The notes: a model not told the origin generated them from the sequence alone. Shown: positions 1 through 12,400, counted from the stretch's first letter. The stretch is DNA of 64,000 nucleotides from an uncultured Acidobacteriaceae bacterium (GCA_963745555.1 CAVUXX010000003.1:216921-280920); one strand, 5' to 3'. A program made the numbers and translations.

Positions 1-347
1 TCATGATTGTCGATTTTGCGCTTGAGGCTGAACGCAAGGGAGGTAAATCTTCGACCGAGGCCATTTTTCAAGCAAGCCTGCTGCGCTTTCGGCCCATCAT
101 GATGACCACCATGGCCGCGCTGCTCGGCGGACTTCCACTCGCTCTCGGAACCGGCCTCGGGTCGGAATTGCGCCGTCCGCTCGGAATCGCCATGGTGGGA
201 GGTCTGCTGCTCAGCCAGGTTCTTACGCTCTACACGACCCCGGTCATCTATGTCTTCTTCGATCGAATCGCCCAACGCCTTACGCATACAAGACCATCCG
301 GTGGCCCTGCCGACAATGAGCCGCACCCCGAAAGGGGAACGGCATGA
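1..347 (+). CDS. mdtB: RND multidrug efflux permease MdtB-like, C-terminal part (gene starts left of the window)
   Basis: [11 protein letters not shown]...[11 protein letters not shown]...[31 protein letters not shown] is the RND C-terminus. Its stop overlaps the start of a second RND gene (ATGA), as in mdtBC. Confidence 0.85.
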   Translation, partial: MIVDFALEAERKGGKSSTEAIFQASLLRFRPIMMTTMAALLGGLPLALGTGLGSELRRPLGIAMVGGLLLSQVLTLYTTPVIYVFFDRIAQRLTHTRPSGGPADNEPHPERGTA

Positions 348-3300
348 TTATTTCGGCTCCATTTATTCGTCGACCGATCGCGACGACGCTACTAACCGTC
401 GCAATCGCCATTGCGGGCGCCATCGCATTTTATGCGCTTCCTGTCTCGCCGCTTCCGCAAGTCGACTTTCCTACTATCAGCGTCTCCGCAAGTCTTCCCG
501 GAGGCAGCGCGCAGATCATGGCGGCGTCTGTTGCCACGCCGCTGGAGCGTCAATTCAGTCACATCGCCGGCATTACCGAGATGACATCCTCCAGTTCTCT
601 CGGCTCAACTTCGATCACTCTCCAGTTCGATCTCAGCCGCAATATCGACGGCGCCGCGCGCGACGTCGAAGCTGCAATCAATGCGGCGCGGACCTACCTT
701 CCCATCAATCTTCCTGCGAACCCTTCGTATCGCAAAGTGAATCCGGCCGATGCACCCATCATGATCCTCGGGCTCACTTCGAATAAGTACGATGTCACCA
801 AGATCTACGATCTGGCATCGACGATACTGGAGCAAAAGCTCTCTCAGATTCAGGGCGTCGGACAGGTCTTTGTGGGCGGAGGCGCCACGCCCTCTGTACG
901 AGTTGAGGTTGATCCACAGAAGCTTGAGAGCTTCGGCCTCACGCTCGGTTCTGTCCAGTCGGTGCTCAGTCTCCAAAACTCTCATGAGCCGCGCGGCCAG
1001 TTCTCTGACGGTCAGGTTTCTGAGGACATCATCACGAATGACCAAATTTCATTGGCTGACCAGTACAAGCCTTTGATCATCGGTTATAACAATGGCGCAG
1101 CCGTTCGACTTTCGGATGTTGCCGATGTGATCAACTCCACGCAGAACATTCGAACGGCCGGATACATGGATGGAACTCGTGCCGTCTTCATCATCATTTT
1201 CAGACAACCCGGCGCCAACATTATTCAAACCGTCGATCGGATTCGAGCACAGTTGCCGTTCCTTGAGGCGATACTGCCGCAGGGAATCAAGACGACCATC
1301 GTACTCGATCGCACCACGACCATACGCGCTTCTGTCAGCAATGTTGAACGAACCCTGATTGGTTCCGTCATCCTGGTTGTTCTGGTCGTTTTTGTATTCC
1401 TCAAAAGCCCGCGCGCCACTCTCATCCCAACGGTCGCTGTGCCTGTTTCCCTCATTGGTACGTTTGCGGCAATGTATCTGTTCGGCTACAGCCTCGACAA
1501 CCTTTCTTTGATGGCTCTCACCATTGCCACCGGCTTCGTAGTTGACGATGCCATTGTGGTGATGGAAAACATCACGCGCCACGTTGAAGCCGGCATAAAT
1601 CCATTTGACGCAGCACTCCGGGGCGCTAAGGAGATTGGCTTCACCGTCTTTTCCATCAGCATGTCCCTGATTGCCGTGTTCATTCCGATTTTGATGATGG
1701 GTGGCATTGTCGGCCGCCTTTTTCGCGAATTCGCGGTGACGCTCTCGACGGCCATCGTTGTCTCGATGGTCATCTCTCTCACCACCACACCTGCAATGTG
1801 TGCACATCTTCTGAAGCATACCCCCGAAGGAGGTGCGCACAACTGGTTTTACCGGACGAGCGAGAGATTCTTTAATGGGATGCTTTCGATATACAAACAT
1901 TCGCTTTCATGGGTCCTGGATAATCCTGCGCTTATGCTCATCGTGCTCGGGCTCACCATCGCGTTGAACGTTGTGGTTGTTTTTAGAATACCGAAAGGAT
2001 TCTTTCCGACCCAGGACACTGGCGCGATGGTCGGCCAGGTGCAGGGGCCCCAGGATGCATCGTTTCCGTTCATGAATTTTTCTGTTCAGCGGTTGGTTGA
2101 TGTTATCAAGGCAGATCCCGCGGTCGCGCATGTGAACGCGTACACAGGCGGTAATGGAGCCAGCAATGGCGGATTTATCTATGTCGCGCTCAAACCCCTC
2201 GGTAGCGAGCGGAAATTGACGGCGATGGAAGTCATCAATGGTCTCCGCCCTAAATTGAACCGGTTGCCCGTCGCTTCGGCATTTCTGCAGCCCGTGCAGG
2301 ACCTGAGGATCGGCGGACGCTCCAGTGCTGCCCTATACCAGTACACAATCCAAGCCGATAACATCAATGATCTTTATCATTGGGGCCCGATTCTGCTGGC
2401 CAATATGAAAAAGTTACCCGGTCTGCTGGACGTAAATACAGATCAACAAAACGGCGGATTGCAGGATCTTCTCACCTATGATCGGGTCACCGCTGCCCGT
2501 CTTGGTCAGACCGCGCAATCTCTCGATCAAGCGCTCTATGGCGCGTTCGGCCAGTCCGAGGTCTCAATCATCTACACCCAGCTCAACCAGTATTACGTGG
2601 TGATGGAAGTGGCGCCGCAATACTGGCAGAATCCGTCACAACTGAACAATATCTACTTCAAACCGCCGGTTTCATCCACGGCAGGAAATGTCGCTGGGAT
2701 CAATCGGGTCGCTCCATTGTTGAGCGTGCTGAAGACTCAAACTGGCACTACGCCTCTCCAGGTCAATCACACAGGGCTTTTCCCATCCGTTACCGTTTCC
2801 TTTAATCTGGCCCCGGGTTTGTCGCTCAGCGATGCCACCTTTGAAGTTACCCGCATGGAAGCCGCTCTCGGCATGCCTTCGACGGTTCACGGCTTCTTTG
2901 CCGGAACCGCCCAAGCCTATCAAGATTCTCTGGCAACCGAAAAATACCTTGTGGCGACGGCCCTGTTTGCGGTCTACATCGTGCTCGGCATTCTGTATGA
3001 AAGCCTCATTCATCCGCTCACGATCATTTCAACGCTGCCATCGGCGAGCGTTGGAGCCATGCTCGCGCTCATGCTTTTCCAGATCGATCTCAATGTCATT
3101 TCTATCATCGGCATCATTCTGCTGATCGGCATTGTCAAGAAAAATGCGATCATGATGATCGACTTTGCCCTCATGGCGGAGCGCGAGGAGGGAAAGAATA
3201 CGTACGATGCGATCTTCGAGGCCTGTATGCTACGCTTCCGGCCGATTATGATGACGACGATGGCTGCCATTTTCGGGGCGTTGCCGCTGGCCTTTGGCAC

Positions 3301-3493
3301 CGGCACAGGTTCGGAACTGCGTCAACCGTTGGGCATCACGATTGTCGGCGGGTTGTTGCTCAGCCAGTTGCTCACGCTCTACACAACGCCAGTTGTTTAT
3401 CTTGCAATGGACCGCCTGCGTCTTCGCGCGGTGGGCAGATCCGGTGAAACGCTCAATCAAGGACCGGCCAATGCTGACGTCCTGATTCCATGA
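344..3493 (+). CDS. mdtC: RND multidrug efflux permease MdtC-like
   Basis: 1049 aa; [57 protein letters not shown]. Confidence 0.88.
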   Translation: MIISAPFIRRPIATTLLTVAIAIAGAIAFYALPVSPLPQVDFPTISVSASLPGGSAQIMAASVATPLERQFSHIAGITEMTSSSSLGSTSITLQFDLSRNIDGAARDVEAAINAARTYLPINLPANPSYRKVNPADAPIMILGLTSNKYDVTKIYDLASTILEQKLSQIQGVGQVFVGGGATPSVRVEVDPQKLESFGLTLGSVQSVLSLQNSHEPRGQFSDGQVSEDIITNDQISLADQYKPLIIGYNNGAAVRLSDVADVINSTQNIRTAGYMDGTRAVFIIIFRQPGANIIQTVDRIRAQLPFLEAILPQGIKTTIVLDRTTTIRASVSNVERTLIGSVILVVLVVFVFLKSPRATLIPTVAVPVSLIGTFAAMYLFGYSLDNLSLMALTIATGFVVDDAIVVMENITRHVEAGINPFDAALRGAKEIGFTVFSISMSLIAVFIPILMMGGIVGRLFREFAVTLSTAIVVSMVISLTTTPAMCAHLLKHTPEGGAHNWFYRTSERFFNGMLSIYKHSLSWVLDNPALMLIVLGLTIALNVVVVFRIPKGFFPTQDTGAMVGQVQGPQDASFPFMNFSVQRLVDVIKADPAVAHVNAYTGGNGASNGGFIYVALKPLGSERKLTAMEVINGLRPKLNRLPVASAFLQPVQDLRIGGRSSAALYQYTIQADNINDLYHWGPILLANMKKLPGLLDVNTDQQNGGLQDLLTYDRVTAARLGQTAQSLDQALYGAFGQSEVSIIYTQLNQYYVVMEVAPQYWQNPSQLNNIYFKPPVSSTAGNVAGINRVAPLLSVLKTQTGTTPLQVNHTGLFPSVTVSFNLAPGLSLSDATFEVTRMEAALGMPSTVHGFFAGTAQAYQDSLATEKYLVATALFAVYIVLGILYESLIHPLTIISTLPSASVGAMLALMLFQIDLNVISIIGIILLIGIVKKNAIMMIDFALMAEREEGKNTYDAIFEACMLRFRPIMMTTMAAIFGALPLAFGTGTGSELRQPLGITIVGGLLLSQLLTLYTTPVVYLAMDRLRLRAVGRSGETLNQGPANADVLIP

Positions 3494-5031
3494 GGAGAAA
3501 GTGTATGGTGCTGCAAGGAAGAGTCGTCACATGCGCGGCAACCGCTTCAACCTTGCTCGCCGTCTCGGCGCTGATCTCCGGATGCCGCGTTGGACCTCCT
3601 TATCATGCGCCCACGCCGCCGTCGATCAGTGCCCCGAACTTCAAGGAATCCACGGTAAATTTCAATGACGCCAATGGCTGGAAAGTCGCCAGTCCGCAAG
3701 ATGCAATGATTCGCGGGAAATGGTGGGAGATTTTCAATGAGCCCGAGCTGAATGCCTTGGAGGAGCAGCTCAATATCAACAACGAAAACATCAAAGTGTC
3801 ATTTCAAAACTTCATGGAGGCGCGCGCGCTCATTGCCGAGGCGCGCGCGCAATTCTGGCCGACCATCTCAGTGACTCCCGCCTGGAATCGCTCGCGAAGC
3901 TCGTCCAATCTGCGCAACTCGTCAGAGGCCAACACGGGTCAAACCTCCACGCTCTGGTCCGCACCGCTCGAAGTCTCGTGGACTCCCGACCTTTGGGGCA
4001 AGATTCGCAATCAAGTGCGCGAGGCGCAATTCAGTGCGCAGGCCAGCGCCGCTGATCTCGAGCTGGAGAAGCTGACCGAACAGGCCAGTCTCGCACAGTA
4101 CTACTTTGAAATTCGCGGCCAGGACATGCTCCAGAAGATCCTGAATGACACGGTTGCTGCCGACCAGAAAGCTCTCGACGCCGCACAGGGCGCATATGAC
4201 GCAGGCACCGGAGACTACATCTCCGTCGTGGAAGCCAGGAACACATTACAGTCGGCACAGGCATCGGCCATCAATGTGGCCTTGTCGCGCGCTCAATACG
4301 AACACGCGATCGCGATGCTCCTCGGCAAAATCGCGACTGACTTTTCCATTCCAGTGAAGCCAATGCTCTACACCCCGCCCCCCATTCCGACGGGCGTCCC
4401 ATCGCAACTTATGGAGCGCCGTCCTGATGTGGCCGCCGCGGAGCGTACTCTCGCCGCCGCCAATGCAACCATCGGCATCGGCTACGGCGCTTTTTTCCCC
4501 CAGATAACCCTCTCCGCACAAGGCGGTTATGAGAGCTCCCTTCTCAAGCATCTGTTCGACTGGCCGAGCCGCTTCTGGTCAATCGGGCCCAGTGCGGCGC
4601 AAACCATTTTCAACGGCGGCCTATACCGCGCTCAATTGCATCAGTACGAGGCAATCTACAACGCCGACCTCGCAAACTATCGCCAATCCGTGGTTACCGC
4701 TTTTCAGCAAGTCGAAGATGCACTGGCGGCAACGCGCATCGATTCGCAGCAGATTCTTCGCCAGCAGGAGGCGGTGAAGTCGGCTCAGGAGTTCCTGGAT
4801 CTTGAAATGCAGCGCTACAACAGCGGAGTCGATCCTTACGTCGACGTGGTGACGGCACAAACCACATTGCTTTCAAACCAGGTGACGCTCAATTCGATTC
4901 AGGTGGAAGATATGCTCTCTGCGGTTCAGCTGGTGGAGGCACTTGGCGGGGGGTGGGATCAAAGTCAACTTCTCACGCCCGCGCAAGTGTCTGCCAAGGT
5001 TCCGGAGTCAACTTACAAAATGCAGAACTAA
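3490..5031 (+). CDS. Outer membrane efflux factor (NodT/OprM-type lipoprotein)
   Basis: Lipobox LISGC, GPPYHAP, WWEIFNEPELNAL, PSQLMERRPDVAAAER, ALGGGW; coupled to mdtC by an ATGA overlap. Confidence 0.9.
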   Translation: MRRKCMVLQGRVVTCAATASTLLAVSALISGCRVGPPYHAPTPPSISAPNFKESTVNFNDANGWKVASPQDAMIRGKWWEIFNEPELNALEEQLNINNENIKVSFQNFMEARALIAEARAQFWPTISVTPAWNRSRSSSNLRNSSEANTGQTSTLWSAPLEVSWTPDLWGKIRNQVREAQFSAQASAADLELEKLTEQASLAQYYFEIRGQDMLQKILNDTVAADQKALDAAQGAYDAGTGDYISVVEARNTLQSAQASAINVALSRAQYEHAIAMLLGKIATDFSIPVKPMLYTPPPIPTGVPSQLMERRPDVAAAERTLAAANATIGIGYGAFFPQITLSAQGGYESSLLKHLFDWPSRFWSIGPSAAQTIFNGGLYRAQLHQYEAIYNADLANYRQSVVTAFQQVEDALAATRIDSQQILRQQEAVKSAQEFLDLEMQRYNSGVDPYVDVVTAQTTLLSNQVTLNSIQVEDMLSAVQLVEALGGGWDQSQLLTPAQVSAKVPESTYKMQN

Positions 5032-5201
5032 TCGCCGCCAGGAGCCTTGATTGAAGGAAATCGAGCTGCGCGCGCGAGTAACTGCAAGCTTTTTTAAAAG
5101 CAGCATGACACGCGAAAGTGACCAGTACCGCGCGGAGATCGCACTCTTGAATAACCGTTTTGCATGCTGCCATTGCATGTGGCCGGCGACACAAATTTCC
5201 A

Positions 5202-7061
5202 TCAATTAATCTTCATCCTGCGCCGGGCAGGAGCCCCTTCGATTGCGACGCTTGCAGCTGCCGAGTGGACGCTCCGTCCGTTCGCGTTGACTGCCACAAC
5301 AACATACTTCACTGTTCCTGTATCGGCTGCGGGCTCAGTGAACACAGGGAGCGTCAATCCCGACGCAACTCTATGCTCAGCTCCCTCTTGCACCCGCTCC
5401 ACGGTATAGGTTGTAGCCGCGGCCACGGGACTCCACGATACCTCGACGAACCGCCCCTTGATAGCGGCTCGAACATCGGTGGGCGCGTCTGGAGGAGGGC
5501 CGCTGGGCAGCAAGCCGTAAACGCACAACTGTCCCGTCCCAACGTTTTCCGTGCCAAAGCTGGCGAGATAGACCTTTCCATTCGCGATTGTGGGCGGCGC
5601 CATTTTTGAGTAGTTATTGCAGTCGTCCCGGCCCGGGTTCTGAAGAGAATTCCAAAGCTCGTGATTGATGTCGTCGGCGTCGTAGGCATGCAGAACGCCG
5701 GGGCGGGATTCGTTCCATGAGTCGCCAGTGGCATGTATCGCTGCCCATAGTATTCCATCCTTGCCGCCGTTTGCAGAGAGCGAAAGCATCGCTCCGGGAT
5801 GGCCATCGTTCTTATCCGGCCGAATCATGAATGGGGTCTCATCGAACTTGTCGCCGATAAGCCGGTAAGCGCGCGCTCGGTCTCGCTGCCCCCATAGGTA
5901 CAAAAGGTCGCCGTTCTTGGCGCTCTTCCAATAAACCATGCTATGCAGATGAGAACTGGTCACTTGAAAGTGCTGTACGGCATGCTCGTCCCCTAAATGC
6001 CCAAAGTGTTCAGTATTGATCCCATACAGCACGCCTTCCTTGCCACCTCCTATAACCAGGTGGGTTCTTGGAATCAGGACGGCTCCCGAGGAGTCCAGGT
6101 CATTGTCGCCCTTATCCAGTTGAAAGTGGTTGGTGGGAGTAAACCAGTCCAGCATATGCATGTGCGTATCGAGTTTGATAAAGCTTTCGCTGAACTGTGT
6201 AGTGCCGTTCCAACTACCGTTTCCGGTGATGAAGTAAATGTTGCCTTTGTCATCCACTGAAGGCGCTTGACCGGACTGCCATATGCTCGCTTCCTCTCCG
6301 CCGGGCGAGGTATTGAAGACGCCATTCTGCTTCAGCGAAATATCGTTGTAGCTCAGAAGAAATCCGTGATAGGGGTCTTTGTCGCAATGCGAAGCGTAGC
6401 CTATAAGGACGTTGCCACCGGAGAGAACAAGCGCCGTGCGCTGGTTTTGCATCAGCGGATCAAAGCCGGGAGCCTCAATGGTTGCCGGGCTATTGGGCAG
6501 ATCGGCTCCGGTGGCAAGGTCGAGTGCATGAAGGCGCTGGGAGAACCCGCCACCAGATTTGGTCAGCGCCACCACATACAGTGTGGACTTTTGTGCGTTG
6601 ATCACCGGCGTGCCTATGATGCCCATGTTGCCATTGATGTCGGTGCAGCCGAAGTCCGCATCGTGAAGGCTGGCAGGAGTCCCAAAGTTCACATGCCAGA
6701 AAGGCACTGATGCGGTTGCGTCGTTAGCATCGAACGCGTACACGCTATTGTTGACTGTGGTCACATACACGACATCATGCCAGCCGCCCGCAATCTTTAC
6801 GTTTGTCGCAAGCAGAGGCTGGCTATAGACCTGATCGTCAACCACCCGCTTGAAAAGCATCCCGAATCGCCGGGTGTTGACATTGGCGGGCGTGAGCACG
6901 GCCTCCTTTAAGTTGGCTCCCGTACGTTCCAGATCATTGCGGTTCGTCAATACGTCAACCTGGGCAGAGGCCCCAATCGGCAGCTCCAGGCAGAACAAGC
7001 AAATTGCAACCCGCGCTATGCGATGCATGTCGGTCAAGTGGTTCATCCTTATATGTTCCAT
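5202..7061 (-). CDS. Secreted PQQ-like beta-propeller protein (acidobacterial family) with C-terminal fibronectin type III domain
   Basis: Signal peptide ending ASA-Q, VLTNRNDLERTGAN, YSQPL, MGIIGTPVI, IWQSG, PPTIANGKVY; C-terminal APTDVRA...VSWSPVAAATTYTVER...YVVVAVNANG (Fn3-like). Confidence 0.7.
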   Translation of the reverse strand: MEHIRMNHLTDMHRIARVAICLFCLELPIGASAQVDVLTNRNDLERTGANLKEAVLTPANVNTRRFGMLFKRVVDDQVYSQPLLATNVKIAGGWHDVVYVTTVNNSVYAFDANDATASVPFWHVNFGTPASLHDADFGCTDINGNMGIIGTPVINAQKSTLYVVALTKSGGGFSQRLHALDLATGADLPNSPATIEAPGFDPLMQNQRTALVLSGGNVLIGYASHCDKDPYHGFLLSYNDISLKQNGVFNTSPGGEEASIWQSGQAPSVDDKGNIYFITGNGSWNGTTQFSESFIKLDTHMHMLDWFTPTNHFQLDKGDNDLDSSGAVLIPRTHLVIGGGKEGVLYGINTEHFGHLGDEHAVQHFQVTSSHLHSMVYWKSAKNGDLLYLWGQRDRARAYRLIGDKFDETPFMIRPDKNDGHPGAMLSLSANGGKDGILWAAIHATGDSWNESRPGVLHAYDADDINHELWNSLQNPGRDDCNNYSKMAPPTIANGKVYLASFGTENVGTGQLCVYGLLPSGPPPDAPTDVRAAIKGRFVEVSWSPVAAATTYTVERVQEGAEHRVASGLTLPVFTEPAADTGTVKYVVVAVNANGRSVHSAAASVAIEGAPARRRMKIN

Positions 7062-7088
7062 CTCTGATGCACAAGTTAGTGGAGAGAC

Positions 7089-7320
7089 TCAGCGAACGGC
7101 CTGGATGTGAAGGAACATCTTGTTGTGGTACATCCCATTAAGCATAAGTCAGCAAATTTCCAAGGTGAGAGCGCCGGATTTCGATGACCCACGAAAACGT
7201 GGCGAGAAAGATAAGGCGAACGGAACCGCTGAACAGCGTCCGCGCCGGTGTCCAAATATGCCTGACGATCGGATAAATTCCGGTGAAGTGATAGAACAGG
7301 CCCGCGGTAACGAATCGAGC
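7089..7320 (-). pseudogene. Degraded remnant of a NagX/DUF5009 (HGSNAT-like) membrane acyltransferase gene
   Basis: Minus strand reads LFYHFTGIYPIVRHIWTPARTLFSG...FLATFSWVIEIR and, in another frame, MYHNKMFLHI. These resemble the PIVKRIWTPSWTLFSGG and C-terminal MYRRKIFLRI segments of that family. Confidence 0.55.
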
Positions 7321-7327
7321 ATCAAGT

Positions 7328-9322
7328 TCACCGCAAAGGACTGAGGGCGACAATCTTCGCGGGAGCAGCAAGAGCTGCGAGCGTATCGATGTCGAAATAT
7401 CGGTAAAGATCGAGGCAAAAAAGCTCAGGCGCGGAGCGAAACGGGACTGGTGTATCGATCAGGTAGCTCAGGCTCTTCATGCCATTCCGGTTCACCACAG
7501 CAGAGAAGTCTTCTGGCGCGATGGCGGCGGCAGTCAAGGCGATTACCTGGTTGCGAATGCCGTCTGTTTCCACCTGTACAGGCTGACCTGTGGTGGAATG
7601 GAGCCAGCTTGCGATAGCAACCAATTGCGCGGTTTCCAAACCCAGCGGACGAGCGCCGCTGCTGTCTGTCAGTAGCTCCCAGGGTATGCGATCTGGCAAC
7701 AGGCCACCATTGAAGAATAGATCCAGTGCCAACACCTGCTTCCCGCGGTCCAGGTTCTGAGCCACCATGTCTGTGGCGGCTTTGTAGCCTTTGTCATCAA
7801 GCACTATGGTCGCCGGTGCGTTCTCCGGAGCGGCTTCTTCGCGGAACAAAACGCCATTGGCGCTGAGTTGGTTGGAGAAATCAAAACGATAAGACAGGGT
7901 GCGAAAATCAAAGGCTCTGCCGTTATCCACCCGCAAGGCCTGTGCCATCGAAACCGGCGCATAGCGGACCACGGATTCCAACTTCTCTTGCTCTCTCTTT
8001 GCCCACACTCGGCGCGCTTCACTGTCAGCCGGTGCCGGTTCGTGATGGATCTGTTGCGCCAATTTTCTCACTAGGGCAACAAAGGTTAAGTTATCGGCCG
8101 GCACACCTATGGAAAGCTCTTGCAGGGTCCGGACCTCATCGTCACTGTAAATCTCTCCATCCAATACCGGCAATTTGAAATGTTCACTGAAGAAGCGATA
8201 GGCCTGGTTGCGGTTATCCAACTGATAATTGTGTGTCCCAGGATAGAGGTTCTCATGCCAAGCCAGGTTATCTGAGGCTCCGTAGAGCTGAAAAACTGGT
8301 TTTACCTGGTCATATATGTAGGGCCTCACCAAGGGAGCCCGAAAACAACAGCTATCCGTGCCATTGTGGATCTCCATCGTGGGACGAGGCGCCCGTATCG
8401 CAATCAATTCAGGATAGTCTTCACCCTGCATCAAATCAGGCGCATCCTCTTCAATTTCGTCGGTATCCACCGGATGGGTGAGATTCGACTCGCGCGACCC
8501 AATCCCGGCTACTTCCACCGCGACCGCGACGCGTGGATCCAGGGCGCTCAGCATTACCGTCTGCCATCCCCCTCCGGAAAGCCCGGTGACGCCGATCCGA
8601 GTCGTGTCAACCTCCTGCAATCCACTCAGGTAATCAAGTCCTCGACGCATGGAAAGATAAAAGATTCCCAGCGCATTTGAACCGACCAGATTCAACTGGG
8701 AAGCGAAATCGTGTGCGTTTTCCGGATTCGCGAGCTCTCCGAAACCAATAAACTCCAGGTCAAGAGCGACGATCCCGCGCTTGGCGAAGTTAATGCAACG
8801 CTTCTGTTCGTATTCCACCCCAATCCCATCCGGCTCATGTCCGAGCAAGTTAAGAATTGCGGGTATACGGCCAGTAATATTTGCCGGCTCATAGAGAAGG
8901 GCTGTCGAATGGAAGCCCGGCACAACTTCAAAACGCAATTTGTGAATCCGGTATCCGTGGCGGCTTTCAATGATCCCCACTTCCTCGAACTTCGGGGCAG
9001 CATCAATCCATTCACGCGGCCAGCCGTGATAAGCAACATCGTCGAGAACGTGCTTGCGCACCCGCTCTTCTTCCGCACTCCACAATGCGGTCGTTGTGGG
9101 AATGGGCAACTGAGGAATACGCTTGAACAAAAATTCCTGCAGTTGAAATTCCCGCGATGGAACATCCCGCGAAGGCTGTGCCAGCGCCTCCTCGACGTAA
9201 GGCTTGCTGACCTGGGCATACCCGCAAACTGCGCTCATCCCCAGCAGGCAGGGCAATAATCCAGCAATCTGAAAACTGCGCCGGCATTTCTCCCGCATCT
9301 TAGGCTTTCTTCTTGCTTCCAT
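7328..9322 (-). CDS. Secreted acetylxylan-esterase-like alpha/beta hydrolase (start uncertain, 9298-9373)
   Basis: Signal peptide, RIGVTGLSGGGWQT nucleophile elbow, IAIRAPRP, GTHNY, and a second degenerate hydrolase-like domain. Confidence 0.75.
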   Translation of the reverse strand: MEARRKPKMREKCRRSFQIAGLLPCLLGMSAVCGYAQVSKPYVEEALAQPSRDVPSREFQLQEFLFKRIPQLPIPTTTALWSAEEERVRKHVLDDVAYHGWPREWIDAAPKFEEVGIIESRHGYRIHKLRFEVVPGFHSTALLYEPANITGRIPAILNLLGHEPDGIGVEYEQKRCINFAKRGIVALDLEFIGFGELANPENAHDFASQLNLVGSNALGIFYLSMRRGLDYLSGLQEVDTTRIGVTGLSGGGWQTVMLSALDPRVAVAVEVAGIGSRESNLTHPVDTDEIEEDAPDLMQGEDYPELIAIRAPRPTMEIHNGTDSCCFRAPLVRPYIYDQVKPVFQLYGASDNLAWHENLYPGTHNYQLDNRNQAYRFFSEHFKLPVLDGEIYSDDEVRTLQELSIGVPADNLTFVALVRKLAQQIHHEPAPADSEARRVWAKREQEKLESVVRYAPVSMAQALRVDNGRAFDFRTLSYRFDFSNQLSANGVLFREEAAPENAPATIVLDDKGYKAATDMVAQNLDRGKQVLALDLFFNGGLLPDRIPWELLTDSSGARPLGLETAQLVAIASWLHSTTGQPVQVETDGIRNQVIALTAAAIAPEDFSAVVNRNGMKSLSYLIDTPVPFRSAPELFCLDLYRYFDIDTLAALAAPAKIVALSPLR

Positions 9323-9376
9323 GCAGTCAGTCCATTCATCTCCCGATTGAACATCGTTACTGTCTTCAAGCAATCA

Positions 9377-9433
9377 GGGTGCCAGGAGATATGCAAGTGG
9401 CGTCGCAGCTAACTTACATATCTCCCGGCACCC
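9377..9433 (-). repeat. 22-bp stem-loop downstream of the TonB receptor gene (mRNA stabiliser or partial terminator)
   Basis: Minus-strand RNA GGGUGCCGGGAGAUAUGUAAGU-13 nt-ACUUGCAUAUCUCCUGGCACCC; both DNA mismatches are G-U pairs in the mRNA sense. Confidence 0.75.
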
Positions 9434-9451
9434 CGATTGGCTAGAGCCTGC

Positions 9452-12400
9452 TCAGAACTTGATCTTCAGCGCCATCTGGAGGATTCGAGGATCCCCGGCA
9501 GAGCTGATTTGTCCAAAATTGCTGTCTTGAAGTCCGGCATCAGGATTGCCGAAGTTGACATTGTTGAATGCGTTATAGAATTCCGCACGGAACTCATAAG
9601 TAGCGCGTTCGACTATTTTTCCGGTTTTCAAGAGAGCCAAATCCGTAGTGAAGAGTCTTGGCCCGCGAAGAGAGTTCTTGCCGATGTTACCGTAAGTGCC
9701 GATGGCATTTGGAGCAAAATCGGCAGTGTTGAACCACTCATTGATCAGCGCGGAATGGGATCGGCTTGAACTCAGCTGCGTATCCTTTATGTTTGCCACG
9801 GTGATGTCCGGACGGTCATTCCCCATGGCAGTGAAGGAATTATCGTCCTCCGCGAATGACGTAAACGGAAAGCCCGTTTGCCAGTTTAGTATGGAACTGA
9901 GGTTCCATCCGTTAATCACCTTATCCACGATCCCTTTAATCGGAACCCGGGGAAAGGCATAGTTTCCTGAAAATCTGAAGACTTTATTATCGTCTCCGGC
10001 GTCAGGACCGTAGTCAAGAGCGCGGCCACAAGCGCAAGTATTGATGCCGTAGATTCCAAATATCCCAGGTTGTCCATTGGGACCGTAGTCATTCAGAGCA
10101 CGCGACCACGTGAAATTAGTTTGGAAGGCCAGGCCGTGACCCAAACGCTTTTCGAACTCAATCTGGCCGGAATTGTAGTTGCTGTTCACGCCTGAGTTGA
10201 TTGAACCGATGAACCCGTAGTTTGGATAGACGAGACGCGATTGAATATTGCTTTCCGTCGACTGCCCCGGAATATAAACCGAGGGATTCAGTTGCAGCAG
10301 TCCTGCCTCTTGATCTCCAGTACCACCAAGGTGGGCACCATGATTTCCCGCGTATTCGAGTCGCGTAAACCAACTGGAGCCGAACTCGTGCTCGACGGTC
10401 AGGTTATAGGTCAGGATTTGTGGCAGCCGGAAGTGTCTGTCGAAGATCTGCGTAAAAGCGATGTTCTGGGGAAATGTCACCGAAGCGCCTGGATCGATAG
10501 GGCCAAAGGATCCCGGAAATGGGTCTGTCACGCCCGCAGCCGTATAGGGGTTTGTGAAATTGGTGTTACTAATGCTCACGATAGGAGCGAACGGAGGAAT
10601 GCCAACGACGTCTTCAAACGCTACCCCGTTCGGAGGCTGGAAATAGTACCCTACTCCGCCGCGGATGCTGGTCTTGCCATTTGACGTCAGTTGATAGGCG
10701 AAGCCGACCCGTGGGCCGATGTTACTCAAGTTGTTATAGATTGATGATGCAGGACATCCAGCATCATGATGACTCCCGCCGAAGATCAGGTCCTGCGGTG
10801 CATTGGGGTAGCGCGTCGATTGCGCTCCGGGCACAAAACATCCAACTCGCCCTTCACTATCCGTGTAAGGGAAGAACGGATCCCAGCGAACACCGCCGTC
10901 AGGGTGAGTCGCGAGGTCGCGTGCCAGTTATCCTGAACGAAGGCGCTCCAGTCGTTTCCGCTAAAGTTCAAATACAGACCGCCTGCCTGGACAAAGCCGG
11001 ACGCCGCTCCCAGCAAGAAGTCGGAGAGATTGTTTCCGCTCAGATTGCCACCGAAAGTGTAGTTGCCATCGGATTGGTATGAGTTTCCCATGGGAAGGTT
11101 GAAGTGTTCCCATTCGCCCCCGAACTGAAGCTCATTGGGCCCCTTGATGAAGGTCGCGATTTCACGATCCGATATGTCGCTGTGATTCCAGGTTCCGGGA
11201 GATGGCTGATCTCCTACAGTGAACTCTCCGGATACATTGACATTCAGAGTCGCCGGAAAATTGGTGGGTTGAGGAATGTTAGCGCCCGCCGTAGCGATAT
11301 TGAAGGGCGCGGGCGATTCCGTCAGTCCGACCTTCCTTGTCAGTCCGAAGTAGCTATTGAGAAGAATCTTGGGCGAGATCGTGTAGATGTCTACGACGCT
11401 GATGTTCTTCAGACTCTGCTTTTGTGGATCTTCACCATTGCCCTCAAGGATGTTGCTCGTCGGCGGAATGATGATTGGGACCGTGTATTTGAGTTGAAAA
11501 TAGTGCCCGCTCAGATGATGCTTGCCAATGTTGTAATCGATCTTGACCAGGTATTCGTCAGTATCCTGAATGGAGGGAGCGCCGTTATAAGTCAAATAGT
11601 TAGGCCCCATTCGCGGATCGTTGGGGAGAGGAATGTGGTTCAGTAGATAAAGCGCCGTGGGGTCGAAGGCTGCTGGATTGATCATATTGTTGTTGTTGAA
11701 CTGATAGGGCGAGAGCGGATTGGGGTTCGTTAATGCAGTACCGGGGAGAAGAGCCGAGAAATCTCCGTTACGCTCAGCCTGGGTTGGCACCTGGGAATTG
11801 AGGCCATTTTCGGCAGTGTTTTGACGTGTGCCTTGATAGGATCCGAAATAGAACAATTTGCCTTTGAGGATAGGTCCGCCGATGGTGCCTCCAAACTGAT
11901 TCTGCTTCAGCGGGTTTGGCAGAGGTGGCAAAGTAGTTTTTGGCATCCATCGCATAGTTGCGAAGGATACTCAAAGACATCGCCGTGGATTTGATCGGTT
12001 CCGGACTTGGTTACGACATTGGCGACTCCGCCCGTCGCGTTCCCATAAGTGGCGCTCATGTTGTCGGTTTGCACATTGAATTCCTGAAGCGCGTCAGGAC
12101 TTGGGAAAGGCAGATTGGTGTTGATATACATGTCGTTGTAGTCCACACCATCCAGCAGGTAATAGACACCGTTGGAGCCGCCCCCATTGACTTTCGCATA
12201 TTGCTCACCAGGCAGGACGCCTCCTTCACAATTGGCGCCGCAGTTTTGCGAGGAGACATCGACCGCGCCGGGGACGAGAAAGACCAACTGTTGCGCCTCG
12301 CGGCCATTCAGCGGCATGCTATCCATGCTTTTCTCATCGATAACCTGTACGACGGCTGAATCGTCAGTGGTCACCTGGTTGGAACTTCCCTCTACTGTGA

